Assembly: GCA_030390025.1 (NCBI GenBank)
Contig: CM059432.1
Location: forward strand, 147,004,001-147,068,000
Direction of reading: 5' to 3'
From: Squalus acanthias
Taxonomy: Eukaryota
DNA length: 64,000 nt
Positions 1 through 13,071 of this stretch are shown piece after piece; the stretch's first letter is position 1, and every line of letters begins with the position of its first letter. The notes beneath the pieces are model-generated. The model saw only the letters and a list, made by a program, of their open reading frames with translations. It was not told the origin of the DNA and did not search any database. The translations under genes were made by a program, and so were the position numbers.

Positions 1-887
1 AATTCTGAAAGCCTTTGGTGAGCTTTAAAACAAATCACAACTCATTAGCAATATTTTCCAAGGCAGACGGGGCTGGGGACTAAGAAAGACAAAAATGAAG
101 GGCAGCAAACCCAAGGTGGAGGCGCGTGAGTCTGCAGGCGAGTAATGGAGTACTTGACCTCTGTTTGATGGCTGCTGATATGGAGGTAGTGCTGCGCGAA
201 GTGGTTGCAAAGTATTGAATGGCACCATCCACATGGATCAACATTGCAACATGCCTGCAAGGAATTGCAGATGAATTTTAGGCTACCACTGAGTGTTACT
301 GTTACAGGATGTGCCAGCTCTATGTCCTTGTAGCAAATGGCATGGATCTGTATCTGACTCTCTACTCACCCAGACCCTCTAAAAACAGTGCCCCACAGAT
401 ATTGCCACATAGGGTGCCAGGTCCTGCGGTAGTGACCAGTGGCATATTGGTGAGTATAGCCAATGGGAAAACTGACATGCTTTCTTACAATGCACCTGAA
501 AGTATGACATTCTGTTAGGGGGGTGCTTCTGAGGAAGCATCCAACAGTCAGCCAGGCATTTACAGATGCTTTTAGGTGTGCTGTTCCTGCTTCTGCCTCT
601 GCATGGACTAATCGTCTGCCAAAGTGAGATGGTCACAGCAGGTGGGCACAGAGCATGTTTCATCAAGCCGGACTTGCTAGGTATACCTCCATACATCCGT
701 CTCTTTTCCTAAATAGGTTGGAAAGCCTACGGGTGCCAGTAATGCTGCTGGGGATGGGGGGAATTTGAACAATTGGCACAAAGACTCATGTAAACCTAGG
801 CATAGCAGAAAGAAAAACAAGACAAGGGTGGCCAGAAGTAAATGGAGAACTAGCAGAACGGAATGGAACGGAACTCTCGCTCATATT

Positions 888-1392
888 CATAGAAACATAG
901 AAGATAGGAGCAGGAGTAGGCCATTCGGCCCCTCGAGCCTGCTCTGCCATTCAATGCGATCATGGCTGATCATCCAAATTCAGTACCCTGTCCCTGCTTT
1001 CTCCCCATATCCCTTGATCCCTTTAGCCTTAGAAATAGATCCAACTCCTTCTTGAATATATTTAATGAATTGGCCTCAACTGCCTTGTGTGGTAGAGAAT
1101 TCCACAGGTTCACCACTCTCTGGGTGAAGAAATTCCTCCTCATCTCAGTCCTAAATGGCTTACCCCTTATCCTTAGACTGTGACCCCTGGTTCTGGACTC
1201 CCCGGCCATCGGGAACATCCTTCCTGCATCTAGTCTGTCTAGTCCTGTTAGAATTTTATAAGTTTCAATGAGATCCCCTCTCATTCTTCTAAATTCTAGC
1301 GAATATAAGCCTAATCAACCCAATCTCTCTTCATATGTCATTCCTGCCATCCCAGGTATCAGTCTGGTGAATCTTCACTGCACTCCCTCCAT
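888..1392 (-). mobile_element. CR1-clade LINE, 5'-truncated 3' end
   Basis: ORF2 C-terminus MRGDLIETYKIL...RNFFTQRVVNLWNSLP, followed by a 3'UTR stem-loop and (TTCTATG)n-type tail. Confidence 0.9.
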
Positions 1393-1490
1393 TGCAATGG
1401 TGGGCTGGCTGCAAGAAATCCCAGCCTTGTAAACCAATGATGAAAGTCAATCAGTCATCATGGAACAGCATCTTGTGCTTTGTTTTACAG

Positions 1491-1607
1491 AGTGTAGATA
1501 AATGGACCTTCAACGTATTTGCACTGAATGAGGCCAGTGGAGAACACGCACTCAAATTCATTGTTTACGAACTTTTCACCAGATATGACCTCATCAGTCG
1601 TTTCAAG
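1491..1607 (+). CDS. PDE1: PDE1-family phosphodiesterase, internal coding exon (SVDKWTFNVFALNEASGEHALKFIVYELFTRYDLISRFK)
   Basis: Acceptor tgttttacag, 117 bp (39 codons, phase 0/0), donor AAG/gtgagt. The peptide matches the start of the PDE1 catalytic domain as I recall it. Paralog unresolved (PDE1C-like overall). Confidence 0.95.
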
Positions 1608-2019
1608 GTGAGTGGCTGACTCCTCTGTCTGCTTGAATATGCAATTATTTACACGCATCAGTGCTTTACATGTTGCAGTGTAAAATGTAGAAAAGCCCAA
1701 CCCTTCTGTTACAGCATTTAAAAAATATATATTGTACTAGTTGATCCCCCGTTGCACACGGGAAGCCAAGACCAAGTGTAGTCTTCAGATGAAGCGAGGT
1801 TAGAAGGCGAGGGATAATTGGACCAGGACATGCAGACATAATTCACTCCCCATTTTAAAGTCATAGGGGTTGAATATCCGTGGGGTTCTCCCAATTGTCC
1901 ACAGTAACTTCAGCAGAAGATCAGTGGAATCTCTGAAAAACAGCGTAAATAATACACACGCTGTATGTCTGTGGTTTCCCCCGAGCTTCAACTGAATTTA
2001 TTTATATATTTTTTTTTAT

Positions 2020-2979
2020 TCATTCACGGGATGTGGGCGTCGCTGGCAAGGCCAGCATTTATTGCCCATCCCTAATTGCCCTTGAGAAGGTGGCCTTCTT
2101 GAACCGCTGCAGTCCGCGTGGTGAAGGTACTCCCACAGTGCTGTTAGGGAGGGAGTTCCAGGATTTTGACCCAGCGACGATGAAGGATCGGCGATATATT
2201 TCCAAGTCAGGATGGTGTGTGACTTGGAGGGGAACTTGGATGTGATGGTGTTCTCATGCGCCTGCTGCCTTTGTTCTTGAAGCTAGTAGAGCTCGTGGGG
2301 AGGTGCTGCCGAAGAACCCTTGGCGAGTTGCTGCAGTGCATCTTGTGGATTGTACACACTGCAGCCATGTTGTGCCAGTGGTGGAGGGAGTGAGTGTTTA
2401 AGGTGGTGGTTGGGGTGCTGATGAAGCCTAACTTGGGCCTTGTAGATGGTAGAAAGGCCTTGGGGAGTTGGGAGGTGAGCCACTCACTGCAGAATACCCA
2501 GCCTTTGACCTGCTCCTGTCGCTACAATATTTATGTGGCTGGTCCAGTTTAGTTTCTGGTCAATCGTAATCCCTAGGATGTTGATGGTTGGGCCTAGGAC
2601 ACTGCCCTGAGGAAGTCCTGCAGCGATATCCTGGGGCTGAAATGATTGGCGTCCAACAACCACAACCATCTAGGTGCTAGGTATGACTCCAGTGAGTGGA
2701 GAGTTTTACCTCTGATTCCCTTTGACTTCAGTTTTACTAGGGCTCCTTGATGCCAGACTCAGTCAAATGCTGCCTTTATGTCAATGGCAGTCACTCTCAC
2801 CTCACCTCTGGAATTCAGCTCTTTTGTCCATGTTTGGACCAAGGCTGTAATGAGGTCTAGAGACAAGTGGTCTTGATGAAACTCAAACTGAACATCAGTG
2901 AGCAGATTATTGGTGAGTAAGTGCCGTTTGATAGCACTGTCGATGACCCCTTTCATCACTATGCTGATGATTGAGTGTA
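2020..2979 (-). mobile_element. CR1/L2-group LINE 'family X', internally deleted 3' part
   Basis: RT fragments (DIKAAFD; GLPQGSVLGP) and the 3' tail ...CCCACATCCCGTGAATGAAT plus an A-rich run. Homologous to 4790-5190 and 14885-15440. Confidence 0.8.
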
Positions 2980-5392
2980 GGGTACAGTAGCACAGTGGTT
3001 ATGTTACTGGACTAATAATTCAGAGGCTTGGACTAATGATCCAGAGACTTGAGTTCAAATCCCACCCACGGCAGCTGGGGAATTCAATTAATTAATTAAA
3101 TAAATCTGGAATATAAAGCTAGAACTCTCATGGTCACCATTATTGAAACTATCGGATTGACGTAAAAAACAATCTGGTTCACTAATGTCCTTCAGGGAAG
3201 GAAATCTGCCGTCCATACCCGGTCTGGCCTATATGTGACTTCAGACCCACAGCAATGTGGTCGACTCTTAACTGCCCTCTTAGTCGCTACAAACAACAAT
3301 ACCAATAATAATAAAACTGGATGGACCATTGAACTAGGCACCGGCTTCGGACACGACAAAGGAACACCCAGCCCAGTCGACCCTGCAAAGTCCTCTGCAC
3401 TAACATCTGGGGACTTGTGCCAAAATTAGGAGAGCTGTCCTACAGACTAGTCAACTCACAGAATCATACATTTCAGCCAATGTCCCAGACTCCTCCATCA
3501 CCATCCCATCAGTGATGTCAGCACAGTGGTATACAGTCGGGAGGCAGTGGCCCTGGCAGTATTCAACATTGACTCCGGAAGTCTCATGGCTTCAGGTCAA
3601 GCATGGGCAAGGAAACCTCCCGCTGATTACTACCTACCGCCCTCCCTCAGCTGATGAATCAGTACTCCTCCATGTTGAACACTATCTGAAAGAAGCACTG
3701 AGGGTAGCAAGGGCACAAAATGTACTCTGGGTGGGGGACTTCAATGTCCATCACCAAGGGTGGCTCAGTAGCACTACAACTGACCGAGCTGGCTGAGTCC
3801 TGAAGGACATAGCTGCCAGACTAGGACTGCAGCAGGTGGTGAGAGAACCAACACGAGGGAAAAACCTACTTGACCTCATTCTCACCAATTTACCTGTTGC
3901 AGATGCATCTGTCTAGGACAGTATTAAGTACCACCACACAGTTCTTGTGGAGACAAAGTCCCATCTTCACACTGAGGACAGCCTCCATCGTGTTGTGTGG
4001 CACTACCACCGTGCTAAATGGATAGATTCAGAACAGATCTAGCAGCTCAAAACTGGGCATCCATGAGGTGCTGTGGGCCATCAGCAGCAGCAGAATTGTA
4101 TTCCACCACAATCTGTAACCTCATGGCCCAGCATATCCCCACTCTACCATTACCATCAAGCCAGGGGACCAACCCTGGTTCAATAAAGAGTTTAAAAGAG
4201 CATGCCAGGAGCAGCATAGGCGTACCTAAAAATGCGGTGCCAACCTGGGGAAGCTGCATGCATGCTAAAAAGCGGAAGCAGCATGCTATAGACAGAGCTA
4301 ACGGATCAGATCAAAGCTCTGCAGTCCTGCCACATCCACTACTATTGAGTGGACCATTAAACAACTAACAGGAGGAGGAGGCTCTATGAACATCTCCATC
4401 TTCAATGATGGTGGAGCCAAGCACTTGAGTGCAAAAGACAAAGCTGAAGCGTTTGCAACCATCTTCAGCCAGAAGTGCTGACTGGATGATCCATATCGGC
4501 CTACTCCTGAGGTCCCCACCATCACAGAAGCCAGTCTTCAGCCAATTCGATTCACTCCACGTGATGTCAAGAAATGGCTGAGCGCACTGGATACAGCAAA
4601 GGCTATGGGCCCCGACAACATCCCGGCTATCGTGCTGAAGACTTCTGCTCCAGAACTAGCCACGCCTCTAGCCAAGCTGTTCCAGTACAGCTACAACACT
4701 GGCATCTATCCGACAATCTGGAAGACTGCCCAGGTATGTCCTGTCCACAAAAAGCAGAACAAATCCAATCCGGGTAATTACTGCCCCATCAGTCTACTCT
4801 CAACCATTAGCAAAGTGATGGAAGGTGTCATCGACAGTGCTATCAAGTGTCACTTACATCACCAATAATCTGCTCACTGATGCCCAGTTTGGGTTCCGCC
4901 AGGACCACTCGGCTCCAGACCTCATTACAGCCTTGGCCCAAACATGGACAAAAAGAGCTGAATTCCGGAGGTGAGAGTGACTGCCCTTGACATCAAGGCA
5001 GCATTTGACTGAGTGTGGCATCAAGGAGCCCTAGTAAAATTGAAGTCAATGGGAATCAGGGGGAAAACTCTCCACTGGCTGGAGTCATACCTAGCACAAA
5101 GGAAGATGGTTGTGGTTGTTGGAGGCCAATCACCTCAGCCCCAGGACATCGCTGCAAGAGTTCCTCAGGGCAGTGTCCTAGGCCCAATCATCTTCAATTG
5201 CTTCATTAATGACCTTCCCTCCATCATAAGGTCAGAAGTGGGGATGTTCGCTGATGACTGCAGTGTTCAGTTTCATTCACAAATCCTCAGATAATGAAGC
5301 AGTCCATGCCCGCATACAGCAAGACCTGGACGACATTCAGGCAAGTAGCATTCGGGCCACACAAGTACCAAGCAATGACCATCTCCAACAAG
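2980..5392 (+). mobile_element. LINE 'family X' with tRNA-like 5' head followed by a decayed APE endonuclease + RT ORF; cut at its 3' side by a Harbinger element
   Basis: A box TAGCACAGTGG (~2988) and B box GAGTTCAAATCC (~3051). APE motifs YRPPS and WVGDFNVHH. RT motifs GPDNIP, PISLLS, PQGSVLGP, FADD. Confidence 0.85.
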
Positions 5393-5573
5393 AGAGGGGG
5401 AGAAATTCGGTACCTTAGCGCCTCCAGTTAGCGCCTGGCGGGGGCGCTAACAGGGGTCTGAGGCATTACCGCTGTGGCGAGGCCAATCCAGTGACACACA
5501 CCAAATCCGGCACCCCCATAGCGCCGCCGCTACTAGTTAGCACCGGGGACTTCAGCGCCAGGCAGATCTTGAC

Positions 5574-6654
5574 AGAAAACAGAGAGTAGGAATAAACGGG
5601 TCATTTTCGGGTTGGCAGGCTGTAACTAGTGGGGTGCCGCAAGGATCAGTGCTTGGGCCTCAGCTATTCACAATCTAGATCAATGATTTGGATGAGGGGA
5701 ACAAATGTAATATATCCAAGTTTGCTGATGATACAAAGCTGGGTGGGAATGTAAGTTGTGAGGAGGATGCAAGGAGGCTTCAAGGGGATATAGGCAGGCA
5801 TAGTGAGTGGGCAAGAACATGGCAAATGGAATATAATGTGGAGAAATGTGAAGTTATTCACTTTGGTAGGAAAAATAGAAAAGCGGAATATTTTTTAAAT
5901 GGTGAGAGATTGGGAAATGTTGGTGTTAAGAGGGACCTGGGTGTCCTTGTACATGAATCATTGAAAGTTAACATGCAGGTACAGCAAGCAATTAGGAAAG
6001 CAAATGGCCTTTATTACAAGAGGATTTGAGTATAAGAGTAAAGACGTCTTACTGCAATTATATGGGGCCCTGGTGAGACCACACCTGGAGTATTGTGTAC
6101 AGTTTTGGTCTCCTTACCTAAGGAAGGATATACTTGCCATAGAGGGAGTGCAATGAAGGTTCACCAGACTGGTTTCTGGGATGGGGGGATTGTCCTATGA
6201 GGACAGATTCAGTAGACTAGGCCTATATTCACTAGAGTTTAGAAAAATGAGAGGTGATCTCATTGAAACATACAAAATTCTTACAGGGCTTGACAAGGTA
6301 GATGCAGGGAGGATGTTTCCCCTGGCTGGGGAGTCTAGAAGCAGGGGTCACAGTCTCAGAATAAGGGGTCAGACATTTAGGACTGAGATTAGGAAAAATG
6401 TCTTCACTCAGAAGGTGGTAAATCTTTGGAATTCTGTACCCCAGAGGGCTATGGAGGCTCAGTCATTGAGTATATTCAAGACAGGGATCGATAGATTTTT
6501 GAATATTAAGGGAATCAAGGGATATGGGAATAGTGCAGGAAAGTGGAGATGAGGTAGAAGATCAGCCATGATCTCATTGAATGGCGGAGCAGGCTCGAAG
6601 GGCCAAATGGCCTACTCCTGCTCCTATTTCTTATGTTCTTATGTTATGTTCTTA
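5574..6654 (+). mobile_element. CR1 LINE 3' part inserted in the Harbinger element
   Basis: GVPQGSVLGP, SKFADDTKLGG, CR1 C-terminus and a (TTCTTATG)n tail. TGAC is present at both junctions (5570-73 and 6655-58). Confidence 0.9.
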
Positions 6655-6983
6655 TGACGTCAGTGAGCGTGCAACGCTCACTGGGCACCCGATTTGCAAA
6701 ATTGATTATCGCCCCCTGCCTTAGCGCCTCGCCCCGACAGCGACAGGGAGAGGAGGCATGAAGCAGTGGGTAGCCGGCTCCAGGGGTGCTACTTAAAGGG
6801 ATCATGAGTAATGAGTCACAGCTCTCAGGTTAGTGCTGTTTCACTGCTTCCTCGTCAGTTTGAGATTGTGCAACAGTTTAACTCATTCATTTAAATGTTG
6901 TTTTGTCTCCGGAGTGTTGTGGCTACTAAAAATGAGTCACATTTATTGTCACAACATACAAAGTGCTACACATCGTTACATTG

Positions 6984-8163
6984 ATGGGGGCTGTACTGGC
7001 AGTCGACCTCGCACTCCAGGATCTACGGCAGAGGGAGCAGAGGCAGCGAGAAAGACTGGAACATGTGGCCAGTGGGAGGAGGAGGGCCGTTCGGGCTCTC
7101 AACAGGAGGCCTTACCCTCCGAGGGTATTCCGAGAGCACTTCTCCTACCTCCAATTAAGCGAGGAGCAGTGCATTAGAAGGCTCCTCTTCAGCAAGGAGG
7201 TGGTCACAGAACTCTGCCAACTCCTGCAACCAGACCTCCAGCCTCAGATCGGGGCGACCACAGCTCTCCCTCGCAGTCAAGGCCACCGTCGCCCTCAATT
7301 TCTTCGGCAGCGGATCCTTCCAGTCTGCAACAGGAGGTATAGCGAACATCTCACAGTTCGCCGTCCGTTGCTGCATCCGGGAGGTCACAGAGGCTCTCTA
7401 CAGTAGGAGAAGGGACTACATTTCCTTCCCCATCACCAGAGAGAAGCAGGACGAACGTGTATGTGGCTTTGCCAGGATAATGGGCTTCCCCATGGTGCAG
7501 GGCACCATTGACTGCACCCACGTCGCTTTGCGGGCACCTCATAACTAACCTGAGATCTTCTGTAACCGCAAAGGCTACCACTCACTTAATGTGCAGTTGC
7601 TGTGCGACCACAGACTTCGAATCCTCAATGTGAATGCCCGCTATCCTGGCAGCAGCCATGATGCCTTCATCCTGCTGCCAACACTCTTCCAGCCGCCACA
7701 TCAAGCTCGCGGCTGGCTGGTCGGAGACAAGGGCTATCTGATCTCCACCTGGCTCATGAGTCCCCTCCGCAACCCCAACACTCCTGCCCAGCACTGATAT
7801 AATGAGAGCCATGCCACCACCAGGAACATCATCGAGCAAACCATCGGGGCGCTCAAGCAACGGTTCCACTGCCTTGACCGCTCGAGAGGAGCCCTCCTGT
7901 ACCCGGCGGAGTGGATATCCCATTTTGTGGTGGTCTGCTGCATGCTCCAAAACTTGGCCATCATTCGGGCCCAGCCCTTGCCACCAGGGATTGTGGGGCC
8001 ACCTTAGCAGGAGGAAGAGGGAGAGGGGGAGGAGATGAGGAGGAAGAGGAAGACGGGGAAGAGGAGGAGGAGGAGGAGGAACAGGAGCGAGGGAGGAGGT
8101 AGCCACTCAATTGGCATTCCGGAAGGGCGGTCATGACCACCTCATCAGACTGCGGTTCCAATA
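6984..8163 (+). pseudogene. Harbinger (HARBI1-like) DDE transposase, frameshifted and with stops
   Basis: Motifs IDCTHV, NRKGYHSLNVQ, YPGSSHDAFIL, GDKGY, RNIIEQTIG spread over several frames. Confidence 0.88.
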
Positions 8164-8691
8164 AATTAAACCCCAGATCCCCGTTTCTCACCACATCCCC
8201 ATCATTCCATTCCTGTCGCAGGCCATATCACAGCGCAAAGCTGAAATGAGACACACCACAAAAGAGTCCAAACTGAATTAATAAATTTATCAATAATCAG
8301 TGAACACATATTTACAACAACAATATCACCTATTCACCCTTGTGCAATCCCTTAGTGCCTGTCATTACTGTGCCTTTGCCTACTCTAGTGCTCCTATGAA
8401 GTGTTGGCCCAGTGGCTGCAGCACGGCGGCTGGAAAGCTGCTGAATGTGGGAGACTTCAGATGGCCTTGCAGGACGCCCTCAACCAGCACTGGGCCTGGA
8501 AGTCCCAGCTGTAGACTGCACCACCTCAGCATGGGCGGCAGCAGCCTGGGCTGGCTGGATGACAGGCAGCAACAATGACAATGGCGAAGTGGCAGTGGTG
8601 GGAGCAGGAATGCTGTCTTCTTGAGAGAGGACAGCAGCTTCCTGCTCCACTGACCCACTGCCACTCCCCCCGGGGCAGCACCTCAGCATCC

Positions 8692-8811
8692 TGTGATATC
8701 TTGAGACACAGCACATATATACAACAGCACAACATGGCTTCCGGTAGGAACTGTACTGCACATGGCTTTATTATTATATACATCAGTAGTCCACCAGGTG
8801 GCTCTTTTACA
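8692..8811 (-). repeat. Putative 3' LTR (120 bp, TGT...ACA)
   Basis: Begins TGTAAAA directly after the PPT and ends ATATCACA. Contains TATATAA and AATAAA on the minus strand. No 5' LTR is available for confirmation. Confidence 0.7.
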
Positions 8812-11420
8812 CTTCTCCCTCCTTATTGAAGAAGTTAATCATAGCAAATAATCATTGGGGGTATACACAACTCTTGGTATACATTTCTCAAATGGAACCC
8901 ATTTTATGTTTCCAAATTCTACTATAGAATTCTTTAACACAAACAAAAGATATGAATTTATTTTCCATATTTACAGATTAAACTTAACCACTGGTTATCT
9001 GTTTCGAAGAGGATACCTTCTTTCTTGAACAGAATTTTCAGATCTTGTTGTAGGACTTTGACTCATTCTAGGCTGAGCCTGCGGAGAATTTTTCTCCAAG
9101 GGCTGACCTTGATCTACATTTGGACTCTCTACACTTTCAGACTGTTTGTCTGCCTGACTCGGGCTCAGACTTATATTCTGACTTTGTCTTGGACTTGTTT
9201 CTGGTACGTCTGATGTAGGATTTGCTGCGGGTACACTACTTGTAACAAGACTATCCGACTCATCAGAATAAATTGAATCATCCCAGCTTTCAACTCCTTC
9301 CACATCTGTAGGTAAGATATGATCAATGTGAACAAACCTAACCTTTCCATGATCAAACATCTTGACCAAATATGTGCGAGGGCCACATATCTTCACTACT
9401 CTTCCTGGTAACCACTTTAACCATTTATGGTGATGGTTCTTCACTCTAACCTGGTTCAACTTTACACTTCTCTCTCTAACTCTACCTTTATCATGACTCT
9501 CTTTCTGCCTTGATTGTTTCTCTTCTACAGACTGTGCCAAGTTTGGCTTTAACAACGAGAACCTGGTTTGTGGCTGTCATTTGAGAAACAACTCTGCTGG
9601 TTTTCTACCAGTAGTGGTATGAGGAGTATTCCGATAGGTAATCAGAAAATTTGCCAGTTTGTGGTCCAACGACAACTGTTTCTTTGGATTTGGATCCAAC
9701 ATTTGCTTGATGAGGGCACGTTTGACAATTTGTACTGTGCGCTCTGCTGCACCATTTGAAGCAGGGTGGTACGGTGGAACTTTGGTATGTTTCACACTGC
9801 GTCTGCTCATGAACTGTGTGAACTCTTCTGAACAAAATTGCAGCCCATTATCAGACACAATTTCTTCTGGGAGGCCGAATGAAGAAAACAATCTTCGCAA
9901 AGTGTCTAGTCTTTTGCTTGTTGTTATTATCCGCATAGGAAACACCTCTACCCACTTCAAGTGACTATCCATCACTGTGAACAATTGCTGCCCTTCTAGC
10001 TCAGCAAAATCTACATGTAACCTTTGCCACACTCTGGAAGGCCATTTCCATGGCTGTAATGGTACTGTTGGGGGTTTCTTACTCACCGATTGACATGTTG
10101 TACACTGACTGACTATGTATTCTATCTCTTTATCTAAACCTGGCCACCATAAGTAACTGTGTGCAAAGCTCTTGGTCAAGCACATTCCCAGGTGCTGGTC
10201 ATGAAGATCTCCTAACAATTTAGACCTGAACCTATTTGGGATAACCACTCTTGCTCCCCACATGATACAATCTTTATCCACTGACAATTCATTCCTACGA
10301 ACGAAGTATGGATGGATATCTTCCTCTGATACCTGGTTTGGCCATCCATTTGCTATGTAATCATACACCTTTAACGTAATTGGGTCACGTTTGGTTGCCC
10401 GACCAATCTCTTCAGCTGTGACTGGCCAGCTCATCAATGTATGAGAAATAGAACACTCCTTCCCTATTGGGTGTAACTTGTGATGGGAGATGGCAACCTG
10501 GACATAGCATCAGCATTACTGTGATCAGCTGATCGCCTGTACTCAATGTCATTCGTATACGCTGACAAAAATCAAAGTCCATCTCTGCATTCGGGCTGCA
10601 GCTAAGGTTGGAACTGGGAACTTTGGATGGAGGATTGCTGTCAGGAGCTTATGGTCAGTAACTATGGTAAACTTACGACCAAACAAGTATTTGTGAAACT
10701 TCTTGACCCCAAAAATCAATGAGAAAGCTTCCCTTTAGATCTGCGCATAATTCCGCTCACTGGCACTGAGAGTGCATGAAGCAAAAGCAATTGGTCTCTC
10801 CTCCCCACTATCTAGTACATGAGAGATCACTGCCCCAACTCCGTACAGAGAGCTTGATCTCCTTAGATACATCATAGTGAACTAACATGGTACTCTCTAC
10901 TAACTGGCTTTTACACTCTTTGAATGCTGTGTCACATTCTTTTGACCACTTCCAAGGGACCTGTTTTCTCAACAGCTCATTCAGTGGATGTAACAATGTA
11001 GCCAAGTTTGGGAGGAACTTTCCGTAATAATTCAAAAGACCCAAAAATGATTGAAGTTCAGAGACATTCTTGGGAGTGGGTGCATTTCTGATTGCATCCA
11101 GCTTTCCCTTGGTTGGATGTAAACCATCTTTATCAACTCTGTGCCCTAATTACTCCACTGAGTTTTGAAACAACTCACACTTGTGAGCTGTCACTCATAC
11201 TCGGTGCTTCTCTAGCCATTTGAGCACTTCATTCAACACCTCATCATGGATTCGCCTGTTTGGTGCTGAAATGAGTCTGTCATCCAAATAACACACTACC
11301 CCTTCAATCCCTTGCAAAATTTGGTTCATCATCCCTTGGAATATGTCGGGGGCAGAAGACACTCCAAATGGTAGCCTATTGAACTGATATAGGCCTCAGT
11401 GAGTATTTATAGTCAAGCAT
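8692..11420 (-). mobile_element. Gypsy/Ty3 LTR retrotransposon, 5'-truncated (RT-RNaseH-integrase, PPT, 3' LTR)
   Basis: Domain order RT (YLDD, ~11280), RNase H, then integrase (HHCC zinc motif; HVDF/VSDNG/NGAAER, ORF 9577-10437). PPT AGGAGGGAGAAG abuts the LTR. Confidence 0.9.
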
Positions 11421-11429
11421 GACCACATA

Positions 11430-13050
11430 TCTACGCCATCACTAAGACTGCCTATTTCCACCTCCGTAACATTGCTCGACTCTGTCCCTGCCTTAGCTCA
11501 TCTGCAGCTGAAACCCCCATCCATGTCTTTGTTACCTCTAGAATTGACTATTCCAACGCACTCCTGGCTGGCCTCCCATCTTCTTCCCTTCATAAACTTT
11601 AGCTCATCCAAAACTCAGCTGCCCGTGTCCTAACTCGCGCCAAGTCCCGTTCACCCATCAGCCCCTGTGCTCGCTGACTTACGTTGTCTCCTGGTTAAGC
11701 AATGCCTCCATTTTAAAATTCTCATCCTTGTTTTCAAATCCCTCCATGGCCTCGTCCCTCCCTATCTCTCTAACCTCCTCCAACCCTCCGAGATCTCAGC
11801 GCTCCTCCAATTCTGTCCTCTTGCCATCCTCGATTTTAATCGCTCTACCATTGGTGGCCGTGCCTTCAGCTGCCGAGGCCTTCAGCTCTGGAATTCCCTC
11901 CCTAAACCTCTCCGCCTCTCTACCTCTCTTTCCTCCTTTAAGACGCTCCTTAAAACCTACCTCTTTGACCAAGCATTTGGTCATCTGCCCTAATATCTAC
12001 TTATGTGGTTTGGTGTCAACTTGTGCTTGATAATCGCTCCTGTGAAGTGCCTCAGGACATTCCACTACATTAAAGGTGCTATATGAATGCAAGTTGTTGT
12101 TAAATCATTTTCCCCTGCTCCTATCACTTTCACCTGTAACTAGCAAGTGCAAGGAACTCATGGATTTCTTTAACACTAGGATGGAAACCATCTGTTCAGC
12201 TGCTTCCTCCTTTCCTTTGTCAACTAAGCAAATCTATTCCCCATCTCTAGCCCTGAACCTTACTTCGCTCCTAACTGCCCCCATGCTCTCTCTGAGCTCA
12301 CCTTGTTCATGAGATCAGCCTCCTGCACCTTTGACTCCATTGCAACTAAACTGTTGACGACCAAACTTCCCTTTCTAGCCTCCCCCCCCACCCCCACTAG
12401 TTGATATTGTAAATTATTTCTTCTTTTCAGTCTCTGTCCCTCTCCCTTTCAAAACTGTTGCCATCCTCCTCAAAAAAAAACGCTTGACCCCTCTGCCCTT
12501 GCAAACTTGTGCCCCTTTTCCAACCTTCCTTTCCTATCATAAGTTCTTGAACATGTTATCCCCTCCAGGATTGGTGTCCACCTCTTGGTGACATCATCCG
12601 GACATGAGATCAACTTCCTCAAGTAGGCTGATGACACCATTTCCACTCTCTGTCTTGACCCCTCCACTGCCTCTGTTTTGTCAGATAACTTGCCTGATAT
12701 CCAGTCTTGAATGAGCCACAATTTCCTCCAGCTCAAAATTGAGAAGACCAAAGCCATCGTCTTTGGTCCCTACTGCAAATTCTGTTCCCTCAGTACTAAC
12801 TCACCACCCCTCCCTGGCTATTGTCTCAGGCTGTACCAGGCTATTTGCAACCTTGGCATCCTATTCAACCCCTACCTGAGCTTTAGACCACATATTCTCC
12901 CCGTCACAAAGACCACCTACTTCCACCTCAATAACAATGTTGCCTTCGCCTAGCTGCTGCTGAAAGCCCACTGATGCCTTTGTCACCTCAAGATTCCAGT
13001 GCTCTCGAGGCTCGCTTCCCTTTCTCCATCCGATGCAAATTTCAGCTCAT
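11430..13050 (+). mobile_element. L2 LINE 3' end (11430-12100) followed by degenerate L2 RT fragments
   Basis: L2 C-terminus (FKILILVFKSLHGLVPPYLSNLL...GGRAFS...FKTLLKTYLF) and tail ...ATGCAAGTTGTTGTT. NFLQLKIEKTK fragment at 12711. Confidence 0.8.
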
Positions 13051-13071
13051 TGGTTTCCAGGTCATGACCTC

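Larger units (their letters stand above)
5397..8691 (+). mobile_element. PIF/Harbinger DNA transposon, interrupted by a CR1 (5574-6654) and cut by a Gypsy LTR
   Basis: GGGGAGAAATT terminus. The sequence on both sides of the CR1 rejoins (gcagatct-tgac-gtcagtgagcgtgcaacgctc, compare ~57100-57130). Contains a HARBI1-like ORF. Confidence 0.8.

Noticed and set aside
25..700. Short ORFs at the window start (also 21440-21890 and 63600-64000)
   Set aside because: No recognisable domain or splice-consistent PDE1 sequence; left unassigned.
2980..3070. Functional tRNA gene
   Set aside because: A and B boxes are present, but I see no convincing cloverleaf or terminator, and the sequence continues into a repeat body.
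2020..5392. Single twin-primed (5'-inverted) LINE insertion
   Set aside because: The geometry fits, but the two parts overlap by several hundred bp and differ at many positions, which favours independent insertions.
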